From contig CAVSHT010000009.1 in the NCBI GenBank assembly GCA_963727895.1, positions 32,001 through 96,000 on the forward strand: a stretch of 64,000 nucleotides of DNA. The letters run 5' to 3'. The first letter of the stretch is position 1; each line of letters starts with the position of its first letter. Shown here piece after piece: positions 1 to 10,124 of the stretch. Below the pieces are notes generated by a model, which made no database searches, was not told the origin of the DNA, and saw only the letters and a program-made list of their open reading frames with translations. A program made the translations under genes and the position numbers. The DNA is from an uncultured Methanosarcinaceae archaeon (GTDB lineage: Archaea > Halobacteriota > Methanosarcinia > Methanosarcinales > Methanosarcinaceae).

Positions 1-818
1 TCGGGATTTAGTTTTAACATTTTAGCCTTTATTGTGTTTATTAGTTCAACTGTTAACTCCCTAGCATCCTCAGTACTAAGATTTTCATTCCCAACCTTAA
101 ATTCTGCAGAGTAGCTGCCAACTCCAGACGCTTCGATTGAATTTTCAGTCTCTTGAGGAGCAAAAACAGTTTTTTCTATTACTTCAGCCTTTGGGACTTT
201 TTCTAATACTTCATCGAGATCAGGGAGAACAATTCGCATGAAATTCTCAAAGCTTTCGCCCGTATCTTTCCCCGAAAGCATTACTATCCTGGCTTTCGGA
301 TTAAGTTGCTGCACAGATGCCTCAAGAATTGGAAGTCGAATGGGTTCTATCAGGTCTACCTTATTAATCCCAAGAATTTCCGCATCAATAATCTGCCTCA
401 TGGCAAATTCTCTTACTTCTTTCATCAGGTATTTAAAACGGCTGCCATCAATCAGAGTTACAAGAGGAGCAATTCTCACTTCTTCGCCGAGGTTCATAAG
501 CTCGACCTCGTTCCTTATAATATGCGGAAAAGCTATTCCTGTGGGCTCGATCATTATAATATCTGGCTTATACTCGTTTACAAGGAGGTTAATTGTTGTT
601 CTCAGACCGACTTTCAGAGAGCAGCAGATACAGCCATTTGTGACCTCTTTTGTATCGAACCCAAATCTCTTTATTACATCCCCATCGATTCCAATTTCTC
701 CGATCTCATTCACAATGATGGCAACTTTTTTCTTTTTTTCTGCCAGATATTTACCCATATTGATAATAGTGGTGGTTTTCCCGCTTCCAAGAAATCCCCC
801 CACCACAACGACCTGCAC
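1..818 (-). CDS. CobW/COG0523-like G3E P-loop GTPase (metallochaperone), runs off the left edge
   Basis: Not in the ORF track. Manual minus-strand translation from GTG at 818 (GGAGG upstream): MQVVVVGGFLGSGKTT...VNEIGEIGID...GCICCS...IEPTG...INKVD. Confidence 0.9.
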   Translation of the reverse strand, partial: MQVVVVGGFLGSGKTTTIINMGKYLAEKKKKVAIIVNEIGEIGIDGDVIKRFGFDTKEVTNGCICCSLKVGLRTTINLLVNEYKPDIIMIEPTGIAFPHIIRNEVELMNLGEEVRIAPLVTLIDGSRFKYLMKEVREFAMRQIIDAEILGINKVDLIEPIRLPILEASVQQLNPKARIVMLSGKDTGESFENFMRIVLPDLDEVLEKVPKAEVIEKTVFAPQETENSIEASGVGSYSAEFKVGNENLSTEDARELTVELINTIKAKMLKLNP

Positions 819-884
819 GTTTTTTCCTCCCTTTTTCTCGCCCTGAATATTTTGGCTCTTTTACACTCAACAAACGTAATCTTT

Positions 885-2504
885 TTACTGTCCTGCTACT
901 GTCAGGTTTTCCCATTTAAATCTTTCATCCGGGCAAGCGTGTAAACAACGCTGGCAGTTGGCACCATCACAGAGGTCAGTCCTTATTCTCACATTTCCTT
1001 TATCATCAATTCTCAGAGCCCCAGTAGGGCAGACTTTTACGCACTCACGACAGCCGGTACAATTTTCAATTACCATCGTAAGGTAAGTCCCAACCTTTTC
1101 AAGTACCTCAAGTCCTTCTTCTCCAAGTTCGGGAATATCCTTTTCAACCTGGCGGTCAATTTTGAGAATAGATGAAGGCTCACCAAGCATGGGCAATTTT
1201 TTCTTTTTCAGGAACTTCTGAAGCATCTTAAAAGCCATGCCTTCGTTCCAGTAAGCAAGCTCCAGCAAATAAGCTTCCTTAAAAGCCTCGGAGGTTGCAA
1301 ACATTACATGAGTACCCAGTATCTCCTTTGCAATTGCCTGTAATTCCCAGAGCCTGTCTTCAGAGAGCAGGATTTCCCTCGCAACGATTAGAGAGGTATT
1401 TCCAATCTGGGAAACATAACTCGCATTGTAGGGGATCATTCCAACTTTGTGGGCCTTTGCAGCGTCCATATAAGTGCCGGCAGCCCCTGACATATGAGCA
1501 ATCTGCAGTTCTTCCATATCAATTCCTGCAGCTGAACAAAGAGTAATATGCCCGGCCCTAATTGCTCCTATAGCTCTCCCAGCTGCAATAAGGTCTTTGT
1601 CCGTGAATATTATCCCGTCCTGCAGGTGAATAATACCATCTGTAGTCTGAATCTTCGGCAGTATAATTAATTTATTTCTCATACCTGTCTCTATAAGGGC
1701 AATGACTCCTGTACCTGTGATACCTTTTGCAGTAATATCTCCTTTTTCCAAGACTTCCCCTGTTTTAGGATTTACAAGATCGCCCTTGACGGTATTCATA
1801 TCCCGATCGAGTACATAGCAACGCAGGTTATTTCCCTCAAATTCCACATCACATATTGTGCGAGGGGAAGCAAGGGATCCGCATTCGATCTCCTGACCTT
1901 CAAGAGCAGGACCTGCAGCAGCGGAGCCGGTGTATATAACACCATTTGCCTTGAGAGCCATTTCGGCGTTTGTTCCATAGTCCGTTGCAATTGCAATGTC
2001 ATTACTTTCAATCATGCCAGCTTTTACAATAAGTGCAAGTGCATCGGCTCCTACTTCGTGTTTAATTGCAGGAGGTACGAATAGTTTACAGTTTACAGCT
2101 TCTTCAAATCCTTCGATCTCAGCTAGAGGTATTACGCGGGCATCTCTGTTTTGTTCTTCGATGTGATATTTTTGCTTTTTACGCTCTCCGGCATATGCCA
2201 GGTCTTCTATTGGAATTCCCTGAAAGATAGAAAGCTGTATAGGGTTTCCGCATATTGAAAATTTTCCTATTTCTGCCAGATTTACTCCAAGTTCGGCAAG
2301 GATATTCTTTACCGCCGTAGCTGAGAGCCCGTGAGCTTTGTCAAGTCCGTAATGAATTGCAAAATCAAGATGATCCATTACATTTGCTCCAGGCAGGGGA
2401 TTTCGCAGCGTTATAACAGTTTTCTTAATCTCGCCGCTTTCCAGGTCAATTTTCTGGGCTCTAAAACCACTTGTTCCCAGATCAATTGCAACTCCTGTTC
2501 TCAT
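885..2504 (-). CDS. ramM: Corrinoid protein reductive activase, RamA family (methanol-associated RamM)
   Basis: ASKHA ATPase motifs IDLGTS and DYGTNAE, two C-terminal CxxCxxCxxxCP-type clusters, directly downstream of mtaA. Confidence 0.85.
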   Translation of the reverse strand: MRTGVAIDLGTSGFRAQKIDLESGEIKKTVITLRNPLPGANVMDHLDFAIHYGLDKAHGLSATAVKNILAELGVNLAEIGKFSICGNPIQLSIFQGIPIEDLAYAGERKKQKYHIEEQNRDARVIPLAEIEGFEEAVNCKLFVPPAIKHEVGADALALIVKAGMIESNDIAIATDYGTNAEMALKANGVIYTGSAAAGPALEGQEIECGSLASPRTICDVEFEGNNLRCYVLDRDMNTVKGDLVNPKTGEVLEKGDITAKGITGTGVIALIETGMRNKLIILPKIQTTDGIIHLQDGIIFTDKDLIAAGRAIGAIRAGHITLCSAAGIDMEELQIAHMSGAAGTYMDAAKAHKVGMIPYNASYVSQIGNTSLIVAREILLSEDRLWELQAIAKEILGTHVMFATSEAFKEAYLLELAYWNEGMAFKMLQKFLKKKKLPMLGEPSSILKIDRQVEKDIPELGEEGLEVLEKVGTYLTMVIENCTGCRECVKVCPTGALRIDDKGNVRIRTDLCDGANCQRCLHACPDERFKWENLTVAGQ

Positions 2505-2720
2505 ATCTTAACCTCCTCCAAAAAAGTATAAGATTTATTTAACCAGTATATTTCAGACATATTTTAAGGTTAATATATTTGGATAAGTATTATGTTGAAT
2601 AAGATATAAAGCCATTTATACTGAATCGTTTGTTATGAATACTTCTCCTCAGCATATAGCCTGTCAAAATTTGGCTCTGGTGTTTTTACCCCACCTGCCA
2701 AAACTAAAAAAATTAAGTTG

Positions 2721-2768
2721 GACACGGTATCCAAAACTTTAGAATATTTAAAGTTCTGGAACGTGCCC
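2721..2768 (-). terminator. Imperfect hairpin followed by a U-tract downstream of mtaA
   Basis: cacg/cgtg and tccaaaacttta/taaagttctgga arms; T-run follows on the minus strand. Confidence 0.4.
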
Positions 2769-2799
2769 GTAAAAAATAAAAGAATTTTTATTTGCCTAT

Positions 2800-3819
2800 T
2801 CAGGCGTAGAACTCGTCTCTTGCTGCAACCATGGCTTTGATATTTTCAAGAGGTGTCATGGGTGCAATACCACAGCCTGGTGCGAGTACATCGATTCCAC
2901 CCTCAAGAGCTGTTTTTGCTTCAGCTTTAATCTTGTCAATAGGCCCAGGCAATAAAACAAATGGACTGGAGACATTTCCTACTAATCTTGCTCTGTCTCC
3001 AATAATTGCCTTTCCTTCTTTTGCAGTACCGATCTTTTCTTCTACGCTGAGACCTTCAAATCCACAGTCTGCCATGTCACTGAGGATTGCGTTAACTTTC
3101 CCACAGATGTGGAGTACAGTCACGGAGTTAACACTTGAGGAAAACTTCTGTAATCTCGACTGAAGAAACTGTCTAAAAGTGTTGGGGCTCATGAGGTCAG
3201 GAGAAGCAACAGGGTCTGCAATAGCGATAACATCTGCACCGGCTTCAACCATTGCATTTGCATAAACGATTGCAGCTTCTGTGGCAATATCTAGAGCCTG
3301 CTCGAAGAGGTCAGTCTTTTTAATAGACCATTTCATAAAGGATTTTACACTTACCAGATCAGAAGCAACTGTAACTGGACCTTCCATTCCTCCGATAATT
3401 GGAACATCAGGACCTACTTTTTCCCTAACGATCTTAATAGCTTCGAGTACAGCTGGAATTCTGCCTTTCTGCAAGAGGTCTGCAGGGACAGCTGCGCCAT
3501 CGAGGCTTTTTGGATAAGGATGAGCTATAACAGATGGCTGTCTGTTTTTGGTACCCATGTTGATTTCACAGCCCATGGCTTCAACAAGAACAGTCAGACA
3601 GTAAGGAAGTCTGACAGCTTCAAGTCCGCTAAGTTCATAGTTGGCGATTGCCAGCTTTGCAATAAGTTCAGGGTTTGTGTGAGCTTCAGGCCAGGGCGCT
3701 CCCACTTCATCCATAAGTTCTACAATTCCGGTCTGTGTCACGGAGCAAACAGGTACTTTGTCAACAGGCTTGCCTTCTAGGGCAGCTAAGAGTCTCGTTT
3801 TAAGTGTAAATTCGCTCAT
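2800..3819 (-). CDS. mtaA: Methylcobamide:CoM methyltransferase MtaA
   Basis: UroD-like fold with Zn ligands HIC and PGCG; N-terminus MSEFTLKTRLLAAL recognisable as Methanosarcina MtaA1. Confidence 0.93.
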   Translation of the reverse strand: MSEFTLKTRLLAALEGKPVDKVPVCSVTQTGIVELMDEVGAPWPEAHTNPELIAKLAIANYELSGLEAVRLPYCLTVLVEAMGCEINMGTKNRQPSVIAHPYPKSLDGAAVPADLLQKGRIPAVLEAIKIVREKVGPDVPIIGGMEGPVTVASDLVSVKSFMKWSIKKTDLFEQALDIATEAAIVYANAMVEAGADVIAIADPVASPDLMSPNTFRQFLQSRLQKFSSSVNSVTVLHICGKVNAILSDMADCGFEGLSVEEKIGTAKEGKAIIGDRARLVGNVSSPFVLLPGPIDKIKAEAKTALEGGIDVLAPGCGIAPMTPLENIKAMVAARDEFYA

Positions 3820-4356
3820 AAGTCATACCTTTTGAATTTATCGATTTACATTTATTATTATTACAATATTTGTCTACTTAACAATATTATATAGACCTTT
3901 TCAATCCAAAATGTTTCATTTCTAGGATGTAAATCCATATTTATGAAACACAATTATAAATTATAGGTTTAACCTGGGAAAGTAACAATACATCTGAATA
4001 TCCATATCCGTCTCTCATGGAAAAGATAAAAATATGGATAAAGTAATACAAATCTCAGGCTCCTCAGATTACGTTATAATGCGGATATTTTTTAAGAGAA
4101 CAACTTATAAAAGCTATTTGTCAAGAATTTTTTTCTTCTATTTTTAAAATAAAAGATATCATAAATTTTGAGCGCGTTGTTCAATTTTTATATGCAAACC
4201 AGTCGTACATATAGTTTAGTCTTTTTATGTGAATATACTATTTATGATGTAGTATAATAATCAATGTTATTTTATTCCTTATAATAGATTTCGGGATTTT
4301 TCAAATCCATGTCAAGCTTCTTATTCTTTTATTACATTGAATCACAATGAGATAAG

Positions 4357-7197
4357 ATGGGGAAGAATCTAGCTGGAGAGCACAACAATATCTGTTTTCC
4401 CAAAGGGAACGAGCATCGGGTTTCACGTCCAGAACTTCGTCAAAAATTAAATGTTGACGAAAACGGACTCAGCGAAAAGGAAGCTGCCCATAGGCTCACA
4501 GAATGTGGAGATAATGTTTTAGAAGAAACAGGAAAAGAAAACATAATAAAGAAATATCTCAGACAATTCAAGAATTTATTTTCTATTCTATTGACCGTGG
4601 GAGCGATTCTATCTTTTGTCGGAGAATATCCTGACCCAGACAAGGGAAATATGTATATAGGAATTGCTCTTGCAGGCGTTGTAATAATTAATGGAACTTT
4701 TACATTTATACAGGAATATCAAGCTGAAAAAACAATGGAAAGCTTTCGGCAGCTTCTTCCACCCCATGCTAGAGTTTTAAGGAAAGGAAAAGTGAAGGAT
4801 ATTCTGGCATCAGAGCTTGTTGTAGGGGATATTATTCTTCTGGAGGAAGGAGATAAAATTCCTGCCGATGGACGCTTGATTGAGACCAATGCTTTGAAAG
4901 TCGATAATTCAGCCATTACCGGAGAATCAGAACCCCAACTTAGATCTCTTGAATGCACTCATCCTAATATGCTGGAGTTCAGAAACATGGTTTTTTCAGG
5001 GACTCTGGTACAGAGTGGAAACGGAAAAGCAGTTGTTTTTGGAACAGGACAGAATACCCAGATAGGAAACCTTGCAACACTTACACAACAGACTCTAGAT
5101 GTTGAAACTCCAATCAGAAAAGAGCTTAATCATTTTATAAAAGTTATATCCACGATTGCGATTTTTCAGGGAGTAGTCTTCTTTATACTTGCTTTTCTTC
5201 TGCAGGATGTTTTTCTTGCAAGCCTTATTTTTGCCATTGGAATTATTGTTGCCAATGTTCCCGAAGGACTTTTACCCACAGTTACACTCGCTTTGAGTCT
5301 TGCTTCCAGAAGAATGGCTTCGCGAAATGCTCTAATAAAACAGCTCGAATCAGTAGAAACTCTAGGATCAACTACTGTTATCTGCACTGATAAAACTGGG
5401 ACTCTAACTCAGAATAAAATGGCAGTTAATTCTCTGATGATCGGTTTTGACCGTCTAGTTATTCAATATACTCTCAACACTGAAACTGAAAAAAAGAGGA
5501 CAGAAAAAAACACAAACAAGACAGATACTGAAGGAATTGCAGATTTAGAAGAAGGATTTTATGTTACAGAAAATCCTTTAAGGATTAATGAAAAAAGACC
5601 ATCTGTATTCATAAGAGTTGCAGGTCTTTGCAATAATGCAAAACTTCGCGAGTCTACTTCAGGGTATAGCGGCGACCCAACTGAAGGAGCACTTCTTGTT
5701 TTTGCAAACAGTATAAAAAATATAAAAAGCCTCCAGAATGAGTATCCACGGCTAGAAAAGTTCCCTTTTGATTCGATTACTAAAAGAATGGAAGTTATCT
5801 GCCGCACTCCTGAAGGAAAACTTGAAGTATATCTCAAAAGGTGCTCCAGAAGTAGTTGTAAAAATGTGCAGCTCATCTCTGGATTCAGGAGAAATCAGAA
5901 AACTGGATGAGACAAAGCAACAAGAACTTTTTGACCGGCATCTGAATCTTGCAAAAAAAGGAGAACGAATCCTTGCTCTTGCGTACAGACAAATAGAAGA
6001 GCTAAAGGAATATACAGAGGATTTTGTCTTTCTTGGATTTATAGGAATTGTAGACCCCCCGCGCCCTGAAGCTAGAGAAGCTATTGCAAAGTGCCATACA
6101 GCCGGGATCAAAGTTGTCATGATCACCGGAGATCACCCGGTCACTGCAGAATCAATCGCAAAGGACGTGGGACTTGCAAACGCTGGAAAACTTGAGATTA
6201 TAACCGGAGACGAGCTTGCAACACTCTCACAGATAGACCTTGCTTCAAGATTAAAAAATCCGAGCATTGTATTTGCCCGTACTTCCCCTGTACAAAAGTT
6301 GAAAATAGTAAAGCTTTTCCAAGCCGAAGGAGAGATCGTTATCATGACGGGCGACGGGGTAAATGATGCTCCTGCAATCAAGAATGCCGATATGGGCGTC
6401 GCTATGGGCAGCGGAACGGATGTTGCTCGCGAAGCTGCGGATATGATACTGCTTGATGATAATTTTGCTACTATCGTGAATGATATAGAGGAGGGAAGGA
6501 TCGTTTTTGACAACATTAAGAAATTCAGTGTGTATATTATTACCCACACCATTCCTGAAGTTCTACCTTATATAGCTTTCATTATCTTTGCTCTGCCTCT
6601 TCCTATGCCAGTACAGCTTATTCTGGCAATTGATCTTGGTACAGATATGCTACCTGCGCTTGCTCTTGGGGAGGAAAAAGGAGAAGAGGATATTATGAAA
6701 AGGCCTCCCAGATACAGAGACGAAAAATTGTTAACTCCTCAGGTGCTTCTTACAGCTTATGGGATAAAAGGACCTATCGAAGCTATTGCTGGGTTTTTTG
6801 TTATTTTGCCATACTTTTGGAAGGAGGATGGAGTTTTGGCGAACAGCTTGCAAGCAATAATCCCCTTTATATGCAGTCAATAACTGCTTTCTTTTCAGCA
6901 GTAATTATATGCCAGATTGCTAACGTTTTTTCTTCCCGAACCCGGTTTCAGTCAGTCTTTACAATAGGTTTATTCAGTAATCGTATGGTTCTTGTTGGAA
7001 TTGCAACTGAACTCCTAATTCTCGCATTAATCATCTGGAACCCGGCTGCAAATATTATTTTCAATACTCATCCCCTTGACCTAAGATATTTGCTAATTGC
7101 CGTTCCTTTTGCATTTTTATTGCTTGAAGTCGATGAATTAAGGAAATATTTAGTGAGAAAGAATGTGAGATGGGTGACCAGATTTTTAAAGTGGTAA
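4357..7197 (+). pseudogene. Cation-transporting P-type ATPase (P2C-like), split by two single-base frameshifts (may be sequencing error)
   Basis: TGES, VANVPEG, DKTGT, TGDH and GDGVND spread over three ORFs. Extra A at 5836-5839 (YLKGAPE) and missing T at 6794-6799 (GFFCYF). Confidence 0.85.
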
Positions 7198-7710
7198 ATT
7201 AAAGATTAACCATCTAAACGATAGTGATAAACCAGATTTTAGCTTTTAAATACGGTTTAGCGACTTAAGAGGGAGTTAAACAATGAATATAAATTTAAAA
7301 ATCTGTTGTTTTAAGCTCATATTTACGTTATAAGAATTATTTGTGAAAACTTATATATAGATTCCAATTTACTTTTATCTGTAAGAATTATCCTTAAACT
7401 CTCTTGTAAACCTACCAAACTCTACATTCAAACTTAATTAACTTGAAACACTTCCAATGAGCTTAAAAAAGTAGACCATCAGAAAAAAAATTCCTGTCAG
7501 AATCGATATCATCTCTACTATTATTATTTCAGTTATTATCTTTGCATATAAGAACATTACATTCTCTATCCAATTTTTCGACTTACAGGAAAAAGGCAAT
7601 TGAAAAATATTAACTGAAAGAACATCTCATTTATATTAAGAAAAAGGCACTTTCGGAAGAAAAAAAATTAATTATTAAGATAATACAATTATCTATGCTG
7701 AAGGGGCGTA

Positions 7711-8088
7711 ATGATGAAAAAAATCCTGATTGTCGAAGATAATCCCATGAACATGGAACTGGTTCTGGACATTTTGGAATTTTACGGACATAACATAACC
7801 AAAGCCGAGGACGGGATAAAGGCTCTTGAGCGCCTTGCTGAACAAAAATTCGATATTATTCTGCTGGATATGCAGCTTCCGAAGATGGATGGACTTGAAG
7901 TTCTCGATAGAATTAAGAAAAACCCTGAGACTGCAGAGATCCCAGTGATAGCGGTTACGGCCCACGCTATGAAAGGCAGTGAAGAACATTTCATAGAAAT
8001 GGGCTGCGTGGATTATGTCTCAAAACCCATAGACATTCACAAATTCAGAGCTCTGATCGACAAATATCTTGAAGAAGATTCGTCTTAA
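7711..8088 (+). CDS. Single-domain response regulator (REC)
   Basis: ILIVED...LLDMQLPKMDG...VTA...SKP. Confidence 0.93.
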   Translation: MMKKILIVEDNPMNMELVLDILEFYGHNITKAEDGIKALERLAEQKFDIILLDMQLPKMDGLEVLDRIKKNPETAEIPVIAVTAHAMKGSEEHFIEMGCVDYVSKPIDIHKFRALIDKYLEEDSS

Positions 8089-8100
8089 CTTTAAAAAAAG

Positions 8101-8886
8101 TTATATATATTCCAGTTTTTTGGACATGTCTTTATAATATGAGAAAAGTTCGTCGCACCATTTAAGTGCACTTTCGTCAAAGCTCATCAGTCGTTGGTTA
8201 TCGAATTTTCCCTTTTTATCAAAAAGAACAAGTGAACAGAAGCGTTCTGTCACCACATCTTTGAGAGTTATATTTTTATCACAGACATATATCTCAACAT
8301 TTTTTGATTCCATGAGAGACTTTAGATCATCATAGTAATCCGTTTTCATTCTAGAAAAAACAGGTTCGGTCAGGATAAGGCATATTTCAGCTCCTTTTCT
8401 TGAAAGTTCGGAGTACATTTCAACATGAATAGGATTAAAATAAGAAAGAAACATTTTTACATGCCTTGATTCCAGAATATTATTTTTAAAATCTTCAGGT
8501 ACTTCAAAAAGTCGGTTAAGGTCTGGCTCAAGCATGAAATAGTTTCCCAGTTCCTCAATTCTATAAAGAAGGTTCTCAGGAATTGCAGAAAAATCATGAC
8601 TTGTCCAGTAATCGTAATTTTCCTCAAAAACCCTTACAGTATTCAGCAAGGGCTCCATCTTTTCTACTACTACCTCTCCTATTTCCGAGAGCTTATAGAT
8701 ATTCCTATCATCCTGTACAATCAGACGTCCGTCCTTTAATTTTTTGATCTGGGGCATGATCGACGTTGAGTTGACGTTAAGAGCTGTCTTTATTTCGTCT
8801 CCATTCTTGGGCCCTTCTTCTAGTAGGAGCAATACGTCTTTTCTTTTTTCAGAAAGAAACGCCAGATCGATAAGTGATGTTTTCAT
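8101..8886 (-). CDS. ArsR-like winged-helix regulator with DUF1724-type C-terminus (Methanosarcina Msr-like)
   Basis: LSEKRKDVLLLL.EGP...IMPQIKKL and SALKWCDELF motifs; start moved to ATG at 8886. Confidence 0.85.
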   Translation of the reverse strand: MKTSLIDLAFLSEKRKDVLLLLEEGPKNGDEIKTALNVNSTSIMPQIKKLKDGRLIVQDDRNIYKLSEIGEVVVEKMEPLLNTVRVFEENYDYWTSHDFSAIPENLLYRIEELGNYFMLEPDLNRLFEVPEDFKNNILESRHVKMFLSYFNPIHVEMYSELSRKGAEICLILTEPVFSRMKTDYYDDLKSLMESKNVEIYVCDKNITLKDVVTERFCSLVLFDKKGKFDNQRLMSFDESALKWCDELFSYYKDMSKKLEYI

Positions 8887-9303
8887 TTTCTTCCATCTCC
8901 CCAGAAAGCTTTTAAATATAGAAGAGGTATTTTCCCCATTACTTCGTTTCAGAAAGTAGCTGAATTGGCAAAAATTATTCATCCTTCAGAAGGACCTTGA
9001 AGGAACTTCTTGCAACATTATTGCGCTACTTTTCAATTTATCCTTTATATTCTTTTCCAAAAAGCACTTACTTTTTTTTAGTTAAATGCTCTTTATTAGC
9101 TTTTTCCCTATTTTTCTATCTTTTTAAAGTGGGATTTTTAACAGATTTCTCTTTTCTTTATCCCCAAATTTCATTTTGAGAACAGGTCTTTTGAAGGCAT
9201 TTCGCAAGTTTGTAGCTTCTGCCTACGAATTTGCCTGAAACTCTCGTTCTGAAATATGCACTTTCCGGAAATAAGATGCAATATACGCGGAACAATATTT
9301 CCT

Positions 9304-9414
9304 ACTAGTGTCATGAAAATTTAGTTATTACTAATCTAATGAGCTCAAAATCGTTGTATGCTGACGAGAAGCTACTAATATTATGCTCAACAATTAAATT
9401 GCCAAGACACTAGT
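9304..9414. mobile_element. Putative MITE (~110 bp) with 26-bp imperfect terminal inverted repeats
   Basis: actagtgtcatgaaaatttagttatt versus reverse complement of the right end actagtgtcttggcaatttaattgtt (21/26 match); CTAG at both ends; no ORF. Confidence 0.65.
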
Positions 9415-9602
9415 TATAATTTTTGCGTTATTTTCAGATTTCCGAACAGTTAATTACAAGGTAAATAGAGATTTACCTGAGCCCAATCTCCGGTAAGAGA
9501 AAAGATAGAGTAAAACCTCTATAGAAGGCTAAAACTTTTTAGAAAACAGTTTTATCAAAAACCTAATTTTTCCCTATACTTACACATGAGGAATCAGATA
9601 GA

Positions 9603-10118
9603 TTATTCCGATGCCTTTTTCACCAGGGCAAAAATTCCACGCAGGATTTCTTTCGGGGAAGGGGGATTTCCAGGGATTTTTATATCCACAGGCAGAATTT
9701 TGTCAACTCCGCCAAGTACGGCATACGAACCCTTATAAATCCCGCCATCGCAGGCATCATCTCCTACTGCAATTACGAATTTCGGGGAGGGCATGGCTTC
9801 ATAGGTTTTTAGAACAGCTTCGACCATATTCAAGGTGACTGCGCCTGTAACCAGCAGGACATCAGCATGTCTTGGGGAAGCCACAAAAAAGATCCCGAAT
9901 CTTTCAACATCATAATGCGGGGCTCCGAGGTTTGAAATCTCAATCTCTGTTGAATTGTCGCTGCCTGAATCAAGTTCGCGGATTGCAAGGCTATGCCCGA
10001 AAACTTGGTTAATTTCCGCAATCAGTTCGGAGCAGAGAGCTTCAATTTCGACATCGGAAAACTCAAATTTTTCCGTTACTTTAGAACGGAGAACGTACGT
10101 AAGTGGGTTTACCATCAT
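9603..10118 (-). CDS. Ehr/hydrogenase-4-like small subunit (NuoB/HyfI family), lacking canonical Fe-S cysteines
   Basis: YDVERFG..FVASPRHADVLLVTG...P.PKFVIAVG...LPVD..IPG.PP. Confidence 0.88.
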   Translation of the reverse strand: MMVNPLTYVLRSKVTEKFEFSDVEIEALCSELIAEINQVFGHSLAIRELDSGSDNSTEIEISNLGAPHYDVERFGIFFVASPRHADVLLVTGAVTLNMVEAVLKTYEAMPSPKFVIAVGDDACDGGIYKGSYAVLGGVDKILPVDIKIPGNPPSPKEILRGIFALVKKASE

Positions 10119-10124
10119 TTCACC

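Noticed and set aside
238..944. Plus-strand ORFs of 202 and 212 aa
   Set aside because: Antisense shadows of the minus-strand CobW-like gene; no recognisable motifs.
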